Below, piece after piece: positions 29,372 through 38,883 of a stretch of DNA of 64,000 nucleotides. The notes below the pieces were generated by a model, which saw nothing but the letters and a program-made list of their open reading frames with translations, was not told the origin of the DNA and ran no database searches. Source of the DNA: Candidatus Latescibacterota bacterium (GTDB taxonomy: Bacteria; Latescibacterota; UBA2968; SICM01); contig CBDCJO010000002.1 of assembly GCA_965217865.1 (NCBI GenBank), positions 2,176,001 to 2,240,000 on the forward strand, given 5' to 3'. The position numbers were made by a program, and so were the translations under genes. The first letter of the stretch is position 1; each line of letters opens with the position of its first letter.

Positions 29372-30949
29372 ATGCCAATTCGTCGAATCGAGCCGGCCTT
29401 GGTAGTCGATGGCCGGCCTGGCGGCCTGTTGGTTGGGCTAATAAGGGTGTTGCCTGAGATGGACGCAATGACGGAGTCTGCCCGATCCGCGGGTTCGGAT
29501 GGGTTGTTGGCCCAGGCCGAGATGATCCTTCGCCAAATAGAAGGATCGGGACGGGGGGACCTCAATCACTCCGAACTTTCATCCGTCGTCAACATTCTGA
29601 GCCGGCTGTGCGAACGGGTGCGGATGCTCGAACAGGAGAGGGCGTCCTCGATCGCCAGCGAACAACAAATCCACCACGATTTCCGGGAGTCCATCGACGA
29701 ACTGATTCGGGTGCAGGAACTCTCTGGGACGATCTCAAGCAGCCTGGACCTGAATGCTATCTTGGATTCTCTCTCGAAATTGACGCGGCAGATCGTCCCT
29801 TACAAGGACTTTGGGGTCTTTCGGATTAGCGAAGCCGATGAGGACCTCTCTCCTCTTTCTGTCCAGGCCACGACCAAAAAGTTTGTGGAACAAATTCAGA
29901 GGCTCTGGAGGGAAAAAGTCGTCGACTGGACGATCCAGAAGGGACATCCGACGATCATCGACCTCGCTTCGGTTGAGGAAGAAGGATACGCGGGGGGGGG
30001 GAGCCTTGTGATCGCCCCGATGCTGGGTGTGGAAGGATCCAACGCCTTCTTTGTGTTGGCCTGTGACAAACCTCAGGAAGATTTCACGGCCGGAGAGCTG
30101 GATCTGATCGCTATTCTGTCGAAGCAGGCCGCCATCGCCCTGGACAACGCCAGTCTCTATGAAAACCTCGCAGATACCAACCGGAAACTTCGTGAATCAC
30201 AGGGTCAGCTCGTCCAGGCGGGAAAGCTGGCTGCCGTCGGGCAGTTGGCGGGTGGGGTCGCCCACGAAGTCAACAATCCTCTCCAAATCATTCTGAGCCG
30301 AGTCCAGCTCCTGATGATAAGGCACAGCCAGGTCCCCCGGCTTCAGGACGATCTCAAACTAATCGAATCAAATGTCAGACGGATCTCCAAGATCATCAGG
30401 AGCCTCCTCGACTTTGCCCGCTATAACAGCGGTGAAATGGAATGGGCTGACGAGGATGTGGCACACCTCGCAAGGCAAACCTGCACCCTGGTCCAGCACC
30501 AGTTTGAAAAAGCGGATATCTCGTTGATCATTAAGGCGCCCCGTGGCCTCTCGAAGGTCTACGGAAACGCGGGGGAGATCGAACAGGTCTTTCTCAATCT
30601 TCTCCTGAATGCCCAGCATGCCATGCCTTCCGGGGGACGAATAACGATCGGGATGAAGGAGGATCTGGGGTATTTGGTGGTAAAGGTCTCGGACACGGGC
30701 GTCGGGATTCCCGATGATCTCCTCCCCAAAATTTTTGAACCCTTCTTTACCACGCGAGGCTCCGAAGGCGGCACCGGGCTCGGTTTGTCCATAATCCACG
30801 GGATCGTTCAAAAACACCGGGGACGAATCGAGGTCGAGAGCCAGCCGGGAAAGGGCACGACATTCACCGTCTACCTCCCCCCATCGGAGAAAAGATTGAA
30901 ACCCGAATCCGACCTGCGACCCCGCTCCCCCCAATTCCCCGATGAATGA
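29372..30949 (+). CDS. GAF sensor histidine kinase (start may be 29459 or 29468)
   Basis: GAF ending QAAIALDNA, VAHEVNNPL, NLLLNA, DTGVG, GTGLGL. Confidence 0.9.
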   Translation: MPIRRIEPALVVDGRPGGLLVGLIRVLPEMDAMTESARSAGSDGLLAQAEMILRQIEGSGRGDLNHSELSSVVNILSRLCERVRMLEQERASSIASEQQIHHDFRESIDELIRVQELSGTISSSLDLNAILDSLSKLTRQIVPYKDFGVFRISEADEDLSPLSVQATTKKFVEQIQRLWREKVVDWTIQKGHPTIIDLASVEEEGYAGGGSLVIAPMLGVEGSNAFFVLACDKPQEDFTAGELDLIAILSKQAAIALDNASLYENLADTNRKLRESQGQLVQAGKLAAVGQLAGGVAHEVNNPLQIILSRVQLLMIRHSQVPRLQDDLKLIESNVRRISKIIRSLLDFARYNSGEMEWADEDVAHLARQTCTLVQHQFEKADISLIIKAPRGLSKVYGNAGEIEQVFLNLLLNAQHAMPSGGRITIGMKEDLGYLVVKVSDTGVGIPDDLLPKIFEPFFTTRGSEGGTGLGLSIIHGIVQKHRGRIEVESQPGKGTTFTVYLPPSEKRLKPESDLRPRSPQFPDE

Positions 30950-31439
30950 CTTCTTGAGCGGATTTGAGACGCTTCTTTGGGCGATTCCGGTCCTGTTCAG
31001 CCTGGGTTTGTTGTTTGCGATCCTGCTTTGGTGCAGGAGTTGGCGCACAGAGGAACAATTGAAGACGGACCGGCGTCTCGAAATCTTCACCTCCCACTTG
31101 ACGAATCTTTCCGATGCCCTGGAAAAGTTGGAAAAGATTCTTTCCGCTGCCCGAGACGAAGACAGGCAACTTGCGGAACAGGTGAAGACCCTATCCGCTG
31201 ATGTGCACCAGGTCCTTACCCCTGCCCCGTCCAGACCGACCCGTTCCCCCTCCGCCAAGTCCGAAGATCCCGATCGGCGTCCGGATTCCGGAGAAAGATA
31301 TCGTCAAGCCCGAGCGTTGCTGGCGAAAGGGGAACAACCCCTGGAAGTCGCCCGCCGGCTTGACATCGGCCTGGGGGACGTTCAGGTGATTCTCCGAACG
31401 ATGGAGCTTGAAAAGGTACGGGATTCCGCCAAAACATGA
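30942..31439 (+). CDS. Membrane-anchored coiled-coil protein with C-terminal HTH-like motif (DUF2802-like)
   Basis: N-terminal TM segment, YRQARALLAKG..EVARRLDIGLGDVQVIL; such proteins often end flagellar operons. Confidence 0.7.
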   Translation: MNDFLSGFETLLWAIPVLFSLGLLFAILLWCRSWRTEEQLKTDRRLEIFTSHLTNLSDALEKLEKILSAARDEDRQLAEQVKTLSADVHQVLTPAPSRPTRSPSAKSEDPDRRPDSGERYRQARALLAKGEQPLEVARRLDIGLGDVQVILRTMELEKVRDSAKT

Positions 31440-31526
31440 ACCCCATTGAACCTTCCCACCTTCATCAAACAATTCTGCATCAGTCCTGAAAAAAATACCG
31501 TCCCTACAGAACCTCGGCTGACGACT

Positions 31527-32804
31527 TCAGGTTTTCCGCTTCTGTTTCCTGGCCGCCGGAAACAGGATGTTGTTCAGGATTAGCCTATACCCGGGAGAAT
31601 TCTTGTGGACCCCGAGCATCGTGGGCGGATCCCCCACCAGGTGCTGGTAATCCTCCGGGTCGTGCCCCCCATAGAACGTGAACGTTCCCTTGCCGACATT
31701 CCCGTGAATATATTTTACCCGATCCGTCCCTTCCGTTTCTCCCATAATCGTCAGAGACGGACGAATCCGTTTCCGGTTGAACGCCGTCGTCTGCCCTAGA
31801 AAACCTTTGATGATCGGCGTATGGTTTTGCGTCAACATCGTGGGCACAGGATCATGTTTGGCGGAGAACTCGAACAGGCTGAAGAAATCAGACTCGGGTG
31901 TCCGGATCTGGGAAGCGGATTTTGGAGAGATATCGATATCCGAAAATTCATACTCAAGAGGGTTCTGGACTAACTGGAACTCCTCAAAGGCCACGCACCG
32001 CGAATAATCCAGCTTCTCCTGGGCGATTGGATCCGCCGGATCCCCATCGTAAACCGAGTCCACGATGTCTGTCCCCTCTGCAGCAAGAGCGATATCGAAA
32101 GTGTCCGTGGCGGAACACATCGCGAACATGAAACCCCCTTTGAGCATATACTCCTTGATCGCCCGTGCCACGGCCCCTTTTTTCTCTGACACCTTCCGGA
32201 ATCCCATTTTTCGCGCGGATGATTTGTACTGTGCTTGCTGTTGACGATACCAGAGTTTATGCCGGAAGCTTGCGTAGAACTTTCCATATTGACCGGTAAA
32301 GTCTTCGTGGTGGAGATGAATCCAGTCGTAGTCCGATAGTTTACCCTCCATGACATCCTCGTCCCATATCGTGTCGTATTGGATCTCCGAATAGGTCATC
32401 GCCAGGGTCACCGCGTCGTCCCACGGTTGCTTGTTGGTGGGGGTATACACCGCAATCTTCGGGGCCTTCTCCAGCTTTATCGTATCCATGTTCTCCTCGG
32501 CCATCTCAGAGGCGATCCGAGCCGCCTCGGATTCCGGGATGCGGACTGCAGCGACCCCGCGCAAACGGGCCTCTTTGGCGATGGCCTCGATGTGATCCAG
32601 CATAAACGACCCGCCGCGGTAGTTCAGGAGCCAGTCGACATCGATTCCATTTTTCAAGGCCAGATACGCAATCCCATATGCCTTGAGATGGTCGGTCTGC
32701 TCCAAATCCATGTAGATGAGAAGCTTTTCTGCGGATGCCTCCCCACCTCCGGACAGGGTCAGGATCGGGATCACGAACCATAACATGCATCGTTTACAAA
32801 GCAT
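31527..32804 (-). CDS. Exported class I glutamine amidotransferase-like conserved protein
   Basis: Signal peptide, WLLNYRGGSF, HLHHEDFTGQ, GGFMFAMCSA, GGHDPED. Confidence 0.7.
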   Translation of the reverse strand: MLCKRCMLWFVIPILTLSGGGEASAEKLLIYMDLEQTDHLKAYGIAYLALKNGIDVDWLLNYRGGSFMLDHIEAIAKEARLRGVAAVRIPESEAARIASEMAEENMDTIKLEKAPKIAVYTPTNKQPWDDAVTLAMTYSEIQYDTIWDEDVMEGKLSDYDWIHLHHEDFTGQYGKFYASFRHKLWYRQQQAQYKSSARKMGFRKVSEKKGAVARAIKEYMLKGGFMFAMCSATDTFDIALAAEGTDIVDSVYDGDPADPIAQEKLDYSRCVAFEEFQLVQNPLEYEFSDIDISPKSASQIRTPESDFFSLFEFSAKHDPVPTMLTQNHTPIIKGFLGQTTAFNRKRIRPSLTIMGETEGTDRVKYIHGNVGKGTFTFYGGHDPEDYQHLVGDPPTMLGVHKNSPGYRLILNNILFPAARKQKRKT

Positions 32805-32838
32805 AAAACTTCCCCGAGCATTCTTTTTCTGTGTGCGC

Positions 32839-34641
32839 CTAACCCCGGATTCTCTCCTCTAGCCTCCTGAGCCGGCCCCTCGCCTCCTCGTACAGAGGGC
32901 TGTCCGCGTATTCGGACAGGATCACCTCGTATTCCCTGGCAGCATCACCAAATCGCCCCAGATGCTCCTCGAACAGAACAGCGACTTCCATCCGGGCTTC
33001 CGGAACAAGGAAGCTCTTCCCATACTCCTTAATGACCTTCAGATAAACACCTGAAGCTTTCGAATATCGACCTTGCTCCGCTTCGAGCCTGGCAATCGAC
33101 ATCAGGGCGCGCTCCGCGAGCCCCCCCCGCGGCCGTTCCGTCACAAATGTTTCGAACGCCCGAATCGCCTCTTCAACCCCGCGACACCGAAGGAGATCCG
33201 CTTCCGTGTAGGCCAACAAATAAGCCTCTGACACACCCAAGCCCTTCGCGATCAGACTGGAAAGAGCCAACGCGTCGTTGACCACAAATCCGGTCGCTGG
33301 ACCTTCGATCAGGTCCTCAAGGGATTTCTGAGCCGCTTCAAACCGACCTGAAAAATGTTCCAGTTCAGCAAGTTTGAATGCCGCCGTCGCCGCCATCTCC
33401 GATCCCGGGACCATTCGGACGACCGCCCGATAGTTTTGTCCGGCACCCTCCATATCCCCCTGGCTTAAAAGGCAGGCCCCGATGCCCATGATCGCCTGGC
33501 GCTGCCACGGTCCGCCGAACCGAATTTTCAATAACATCCGGTAGGCCTCTAAGGCTCCCTCGGGATCTCGATTGACAACCCTGCGGATCTCTCCGATCCG
33601 AAAAGCGGACTCCTGAGCCTCCACCCCCCCCGGGTAACTCCGCCCGATCTCCTTGTACAACCCGATCGCCCGATCTGTTTGGCCCATGGCCTCCTCCGCA
33701 CGGGCTTCTCCCATACGGGCTTTCGCGAGGGAAGACGACGACGAGAAACGCTCGCTCAGAGTTCGATAAGCGGACAAGGCAACCCCGTGGGCCCCCCGCT
33801 CCGCGCACTGGGTGGCGATCTTGTGAAAGATCGTCTCCATCGCCGGGTCCCGCCTGTCCATCTCGACGAATAACGACACGGCTTCACCCGGCCTTGAGAC
33901 ACTCAGGCTATAATCCGTAAGGAGACGTGCCCTCAAAGGGTCATCAGGCTCGGACCTCACCGAATCGACCAGGACGTGAAGAACCGTCTCTAGGGCCTTA
34001 TCATCCTTACCGAGCGCTACGAACCGCGACGCGACCGATTGGTACTTTCGGGGATTGTGATTCAGAACATTGAGGTACTCGGCCACCGCCTCTCTGTAAT
34101 GCCGCTGATCTTCGTACAGACCTGCCAGTTCCATGGCGAATGCTCCGGGCTCTCCTACGGCACGACGACCCCGAAGGTAGGTCTGTCTGGCCCTTTCGGG
34201 CATCCCCTGAGTCCGAAATCGAGATCCCACCAGGGCGAAGTCGCCCATCTGTTTTGACGCGTGTATCAGGACCTCCCAGATCTCCGCGGCTTCCTGGGGA
34301 CGACCCATGGCAGCATATATATCCCCCATGTAAAGCCTTGACCGCCGGTCAGAGGGAAAACGATCCAATCGATTCTTCAGCAGCTGGATCGCCTCGACTT
34401 TCCTCCCGGCCTTGACAAGGGCCGCCTGCAGACGATAAAGAAGGTCCGACCGGTCCGGATACCGAAGGACCAGCTGGCGGTAAACATCGACCGCCTCTCC
34501 CAGCTTCCCGGAATTCTCGAGGGCACTCCCTCTGATAAGGGCTTCCTGAAGACCGGGTTGGGAGAATGCAGGACCTCCCTGGAGAAGTGTAAAAACCGCG
34601 ACCCACGCGGGAAGCCTTCGCAGACCCATTCCATTTCCCAT
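32839..34641 (-). CDS. Exported tetratricopeptide repeat protein
   Basis: Signal peptide and many A..Y..L..YP helical repeats. Confidence 0.85.
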   Translation of the reverse strand: MGNGMGLRRLPAWVAVFTLLQGGPAFSQPGLQEALIRGSALENSGKLGEAVDVYRQLVLRYPDRSDLLYRLQAALVKAGRKVEAIQLLKNRLDRFPSDRRSRLYMGDIYAAMGRPQEAAEIWEVLIHASKQMGDFALVGSRFRTQGMPERARQTYLRGRRAVGEPGAFAMELAGLYEDQRHYREAVAEYLNVLNHNPRKYQSVASRFVALGKDDKALETVLHVLVDSVRSEPDDPLRARLLTDYSLSVSRPGEAVSLFVEMDRRDPAMETIFHKIATQCAERGAHGVALSAYRTLSERFSSSSSLAKARMGEARAEEAMGQTDRAIGLYKEIGRSYPGGVEAQESAFRIGEIRRVVNRDPEGALEAYRMLLKIRFGGPWQRQAIMGIGACLLSQGDMEGAGQNYRAVVRMVPGSEMAATAAFKLAELEHFSGRFEAAQKSLEDLIEGPATGFVVNDALALSSLIAKGLGVSEAYLLAYTEADLLRCRGVEEAIRAFETFVTERPRGGLAERALMSIARLEAEQGRYSKASGVYLKVIKEYGKSFLVPEARMEVAVLFEEHLGRFGDAAREYEVILSEYADSPLYEEARGRLRRLEERIRG

Positions 34642-34680
34642 CGATACTCTCCGGTTAATGCATGAAATCCGTTCCTATCT

Positions 34681-37600
34681 TTATTTATCCACCTGATTTT
34701 CCTGATCCCTGGCAAGCGCCTCGAAATAAGACCGGATTAATCGCCGATATTCTCCTGGATATCCCTCCTTCAACGCGCGAAGCATCGCTTCCCGCAACGG
34801 GGCGCTCCGTTGGCCCAGGCCTTCCGGGAGGGATGAAGGTCCCGTGTATCGATAGTCCCTCCCGACTTCCGAGAAGTGTTCCTCGCTGAACCCACGCTGC
34901 CGAATCGATCGCGTGGCGTCCAGCATCCGGCTCAGGATCCGTTCCTGGCGTTCCAGGGTCCTCCGGGTCACACGAGTTTGCATGTCTTGAAGGACCCGGT
35001 CCATCTCATCACCTATCCTGTCGAGGCTGCCGAGCATTCCCCTCCGCCCTTCTTGGGATTGGAGCTGTTCGAGTGCTTGTCGAATGACCTCCTGTTCCGC
35101 GGCCAACTGCGCGAGGGCTCCCCTGGGGTCAACCTGCACCCCCTGCCCCCCTGCCCCCAGCATCTGACGGGTCCCCTCGTTCACGCCCGATTGTCGTTCC
35201 GCCAAAGACTGCATTTGCTGTATCATCTCTTCGAACCCCGTCGCGGATGCAGATGCGTCCAGATCCGCCAGCGCCTTCCTGAAGAGAATCGCGGCTTGAT
35301 TGAGCGAGCCCATCGCCTTTCTTCCATGAACCGACGCCCCCAGTCCATTCCTTTTCTCGAAAAACGAAACCGCCTCTTTCATCCTGCCGATCGATGCGCC
35401 GAGAGCCTGGCGCAGTTCGCTTTTGACGAAAAACTTCCTCTTCCCGACTTCCATCACCCGGTCCGTAAGGCGGGTGGTTCCCGACAGGAGGTTGCCCTGG
35501 GTTTGGACCATTCGGTCATAGCGCATCGTTCCACCTTTCAGTTCCCCTACCGCCTTACTCACCTCCTCCTGTCTCACCGAAAGGGATATCGTTTCGTGGA
35601 GAGCCCGCTCCAACGCCGCCGCAATGGTTGCCTTCGACCGGTCGAGAAACGAACGTCTTGCCCGTTGCAAGGCGTTCTTAATCTCCTTCAAGGATTTCAA
35701 CAGACTCGCTCCCTCCGCTTCCAATCCCTCCGGCCCCTCGGATAGGAGACTCCGAGTCATGACCTCCATCCGTTCAGGCAACCGTTCCGCATCCACATCG
35801 GCCGCAAGAAGTTCAAGCGAATCGGCAGTGGCCGGATGCTCCGCCAGGATCTCCTGTCCCAACGACCTCATCGCATCCCGGACCCCTTCTGTCTCCTTTT
35901 TGACCCCGGATTCCCGGTTTGCCAGGTCCGGTGACCGCTGCCCTGATTCAAGTCCCTGGTTGACCCCCTCCTGTGCACGCACCAGTTCCTCCGCCCTTTT
36001 GACAAGAACGTCAAAGGCCTGCTCCTGCCGTACGCGCTTCAACATCGCGATCGTTCGGTCGAGTCGCTTCTGAAACTCATCCTGATTCTGAACAATCGAA
36101 GTGAGGGCCTCCTGTAACATCTCCGTGTCCGCCGATTGTGCAGCCTCTTGCAATTTTCTCATCGCCTTTTTGAGTTCGGGGGTGACAATCTCCGCGGTCA
36201 ACTTCTGGATCTCCTCGAGCTTCCTCAACGTCTCCATATCGATCAGGCCGTGGCGGTCCAATCTTTTCATGATCTCCCCGACCTTCTCCGATATACCTTT
36301 GAGGCGCTCACCCATTTCGACCTGTTTCGAGATGGCCGTTTCAACCTCTTTCTTCATTTCCCACGGCATTTCCCCTTTTTCTCCACCCGCCCCCTTTATC
36401 AGGCTTCGCCGGGTTTCCGCAAGTCGTTCCCGGACCCGCTTTCCCAATTCGGCGACCTCCTCCATGGCCGCGATTCCTGCCTCCTGAGACAATTCGGCCT
36501 GCTGTGCGATGTCTGCCAAAGAGGGGAGTTTTGCGACGAACCTCTCGGTCTCCCCCGGTTTCGGGCCTTCCACCCGATCGTTGTCATGGATTCGAACCCG
36601 ATAGATGACCCGGTCGTCCGGCAGAAGGTTCATCTCATTCAGGTCCCACAGGTGGAAGACGGACAATTCTCCCCCCGAGCCCACGGGAAGGGGTAATACG
36701 GTTTCGGAGTGCTCATCGTTCATCGAATACAAAAGTTCCATCCTTGAAAATCCGAAGTCGTCACGTGCCTCGATCCGAAGCGGAAGGACCATCTCCTCTC
36801 CGACTTCGACATCGTGCCCGGGAGAGGTGATCCGCACCGAAGGTCGTTCGTCCGGGATCGCAATCACCCTGTGCCCCATCTGGTCCACACTACTCAGGCC
36901 GACGGTATCCAACAACTGGACCGTATAATGGGTGTCTTCCGTAACGGTTAGATTCAGACGGGCGGACCGCCCCGTTGAATTCCGATTATCCACCTCTGCT
37001 TCCAATCTCCTCCCATCGTCGAAGGCGACAAGCGCCGACCTGAGCCTTTTATTGGCGAGAATCTCCATCTCCACCCGGGTCCCTTTCACCGCGACGATAT
37101 CTGTCCCATCCTCTTCCATCCGTTCGCCCAGGCCGGTATAACCCGGATAACGGTAGGTCATCTTCATCCGCAAAACCGTTGGCCGTTCCAGGGTCCGGAG
37201 TTGGAACTTCGGACTCTCTCCATCGTGCGCCCGAACCAGATAAACGAACGATCGTTTGACCTTTTGGAACCGATAGTCGACCTGTCCATCGCCAACGGGT
37301 AATCGAACCCCATCCCAGATCTCCGAGCCATCTTCGAGGAAAGAGATCTCGGCCGTGGAGGGGATGTGCCCGGTGATTTGTATATTCAGGTCGAAGTCTT
37401 CCCCTTGGATCACCGCGGCATCTCCGGGGCTGACGAAGATCGCCGTTGCCGCCGGCTTTTGGAAGGCCTCGGCCGCATCCCGCAACCTCCCTGCAGCCTC
37501 TTGGATCTCATCCGACACAAACAGGATAGACAACGCGACGCAGGTGCCCGCGAGCCATCGAACCGCGCGCCGAGGGGGCCCCGGATCAAGGATGGCTTCG

Positions 37601-38028
37601 AAGTCCAGACCCGCGGACGCCTTACCGGCATGGTCGACCATAGCTTCGATTAGTTCCGGCGAGTAGCGCTCTGGCGTCGATCCCCGAACAGGCCATAGCT
37701 CAACCGTCCCGACGAGTCCCCCTTTCAAACCGGGATATCGAACTTCCACTTCCGAGGCCAAGTGTCCCAGATCGCCTTTGCGGATCAGGGGGCGGATGCA
37801 TCCAAAGGCCAATCCGGCCAGGGTCGCGCAGGATCCGATGCCCCAAAGGCTCAGCTTAACAATCGGGGGCAGGAAGAACCAGGCCTCCAGAATCAGGGCG
37901 AGAATTACAAAACCCACGCCCCAAGTCAGAGTGACCCCCGCACCGAAAAAGACCTTGGACCGGGCCTGCTTCTTCCGAAGGCTTTGAAGCCTGGAAGTCA
38001 GACGAGAATATGTATGAGTTGCGTCCAA
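34681..38028 (-). CDS. DUF4175-like large membrane protein
   Basis: N-terminal TM segments, beta-rich middle (YPGYTG, ARDDFG, DNDRVEGPK), long coiled coil, C-terminal YRRLIRSYFEAL. Confidence 0.75.
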   Translation of the reverse strand: MDATHTYSRLTSRLQSLRKKQARSKVFFGAGVTLTWGVGFVILALILEAWFFLPPIVKLSLWGIGSCATLAGLAFGCIRPLIRKGDLGHLASEVEVRYPGLKGGLVGTVELWPVRGSTPERYSPELIEAMVDHAGKASAGLDFEAILDPGPPRRAVRWLAGTCVALSILFVSDEIQEAAGRLRDAAEAFQKPAATAIFVSPGDAAVIQGEDFDLNIQITGHIPSTAEISFLEDGSEIWDGVRLPVGDGQVDYRFQKVKRSFVYLVRAHDGESPKFQLRTLERPTVLRMKMTYRYPGYTGLGERMEEDGTDIVAVKGTRVEMEILANKRLRSALVAFDDGRRLEAEVDNRNSTGRSARLNLTVTEDTHYTVQLLDTVGLSSVDQMGHRVIAIPDERPSVRITSPGHDVEVGEEMVLPLRIEARDDFGFSRMELLYSMNDEHSETVLPLPVGSGGELSVFHLWDLNEMNLLPDDRVIYRVRIHDNDRVEGPKPGETERFVAKLPSLADIAQQAELSQEAGIAAMEEVAELGKRVRERLAETRRSLIKGAGGEKGEMPWEMKKEVETAISKQVEMGERLKGISEKVGEIMKRLDRHGLIDMETLRKLEEIQKLTAEIVTPELKKAMRKLQEAAQSADTEMLQEALTSIVQNQDEFQKRLDRTIAMLKRVRQEQAFDVLVKRAEELVRAQEGVNQGLESGQRSPDLANRESGVKKETEGVRDAMRSLGQEILAEHPATADSLELLAADVDAERLPERMEVMTRSLLSEGPEGLEAEGASLLKSLKEIKNALQRARRSFLDRSKATIAAALERALHETISLSVRQEEVSKAVGELKGGTMRYDRMVQTQGNLLSGTTRLTDRVMEVGKRKFFVKSELRQALGASIGRMKEAVSFFEKRNGLGASVHGRKAMGSLNQAAILFRKALADLDASASATGFEEMIQQMQSLAERQSGVNEGTRQMLGAGGQGVQVDPRGALAQLAAEQEVIRQALEQLQSQEGRRGMLGSLDRIGDEMDRVLQDMQTRVTRRTLERQERILSRMLDATRSIRQRGFSEEHFSEVGRDYRYTGPSSLPEGLGQRSAPLREAMLRALKEGYPGEYRRLIRSYFEALARDQENQVDK

Positions 38029-38074
38029 AGGAGACCGTGCCTCCGATACACAACGGGTTTCGTTTCACGATCCA

Positions 38075-38818
38075 TCAATGCGTCAGGGACCAGATGACGA
38101 TGTTCGCTCCCATTTTTAAAGCAGCAATTCGTTTCTCCGGGGGGTCTTTGTGGACATCGGGATCGTCCCATCCGTCCGCAATATCTGTGTTGGTGTTGTA
38201 GAAGATGACCAGTCGTTCTCCACTGAACAACCCGAATGCCCGGGGAGGGCCTCCGTCGTGCTCGTGGATTTTGGGCAACCCGTTCGGAAACTCGAAAGGT
38301 TGGTGAAAAATTCCGTGCGCTCGCGGAATTTGGATCAGGTCCTTATCGGGGAAGATCCGCTTCACCTCGCGTCGGAAGGCTTTGTCCATCCCATAGTCGT
38401 CGTTGACGAAGAGAAACCCCCCGTTTTCGAGATACGTACGCAACCTGGCCGTCTCCTCCTCGGCGAACCGGACGTTTCCGTGACCCGTCATATAGGTGAA
38501 CGGGTAAGAAAACAAATCCTCATCCATAACGCCGACTTTCACCTCTCTGCCGGCGGCCTGCACGCCTGTTTTCTCTCGAAGGAACCTGAGCAGATTGGCC
38601 GTTCCGGATGGCCCGTCGTACCAATCCCCACCACCGCCATACTTTAATCGGGCTATCGTAAACTCGGCTGTAGGCCCTTCTGATCTCGTCAAACCGGGAT
38701 GCCCGAAAAATCCGGCGGCCGCAATCACGAAAATCGCTCTGACCCATCCCGAAAAAAACCGAGCCCTAACCGAGCCCTTATTTCTCATTTTTGCGTCCAC
38801 CCGGAAATGGGGTTCCAT
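38075..38818 (-). CDS. DUF4159 domain protein (start may be downstream)
   Basis: ARLKYGGGGDWY, YPFTYMTGHG, YLENGGFL, GLPKIHEHDG, MGANI. Confidence 0.85.
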   Translation of the reverse strand: MEPHFRVDAKMRNKGSVRARFFSGWVRAIFVIAAAGFFGHPGLTRSEGPTAEFTIARLKYGGGGDWYDGPSGTANLLRFLREKTGVQAAGREVKVGVMDEDLFSYPFTYMTGHGNVRFAEEETARLRTYLENGGFLFVNDDYGMDKAFRREVKRIFPDKDLIQIPRAHGIFHQPFEFPNGLPKIHEHDGGPPRAFGLFSGERLVIFYNTNTDIADGWDDPDVHKDPPEKRIAALKMGANIVIWSLTH

Positions 38819-38883
38819 CGTAAATTTTCTCCGTCACCCCCGACCCTCTCCGTACCTCCGAGTCCGGGTTCATCTTTCTCTTT

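Noticed and set aside
6057-31439. Flagellar block as a tRNA-integrated genomic island
   Set aside because: It lies on the tRNA 5' side; no integrase or duplicated tRNA 3' end was seen
31527-32804. True asparagine synthetase B
   Set aside because: No N-terminal Cys (Ntn) domain or SGGLDS motif, and it carries a signal peptide
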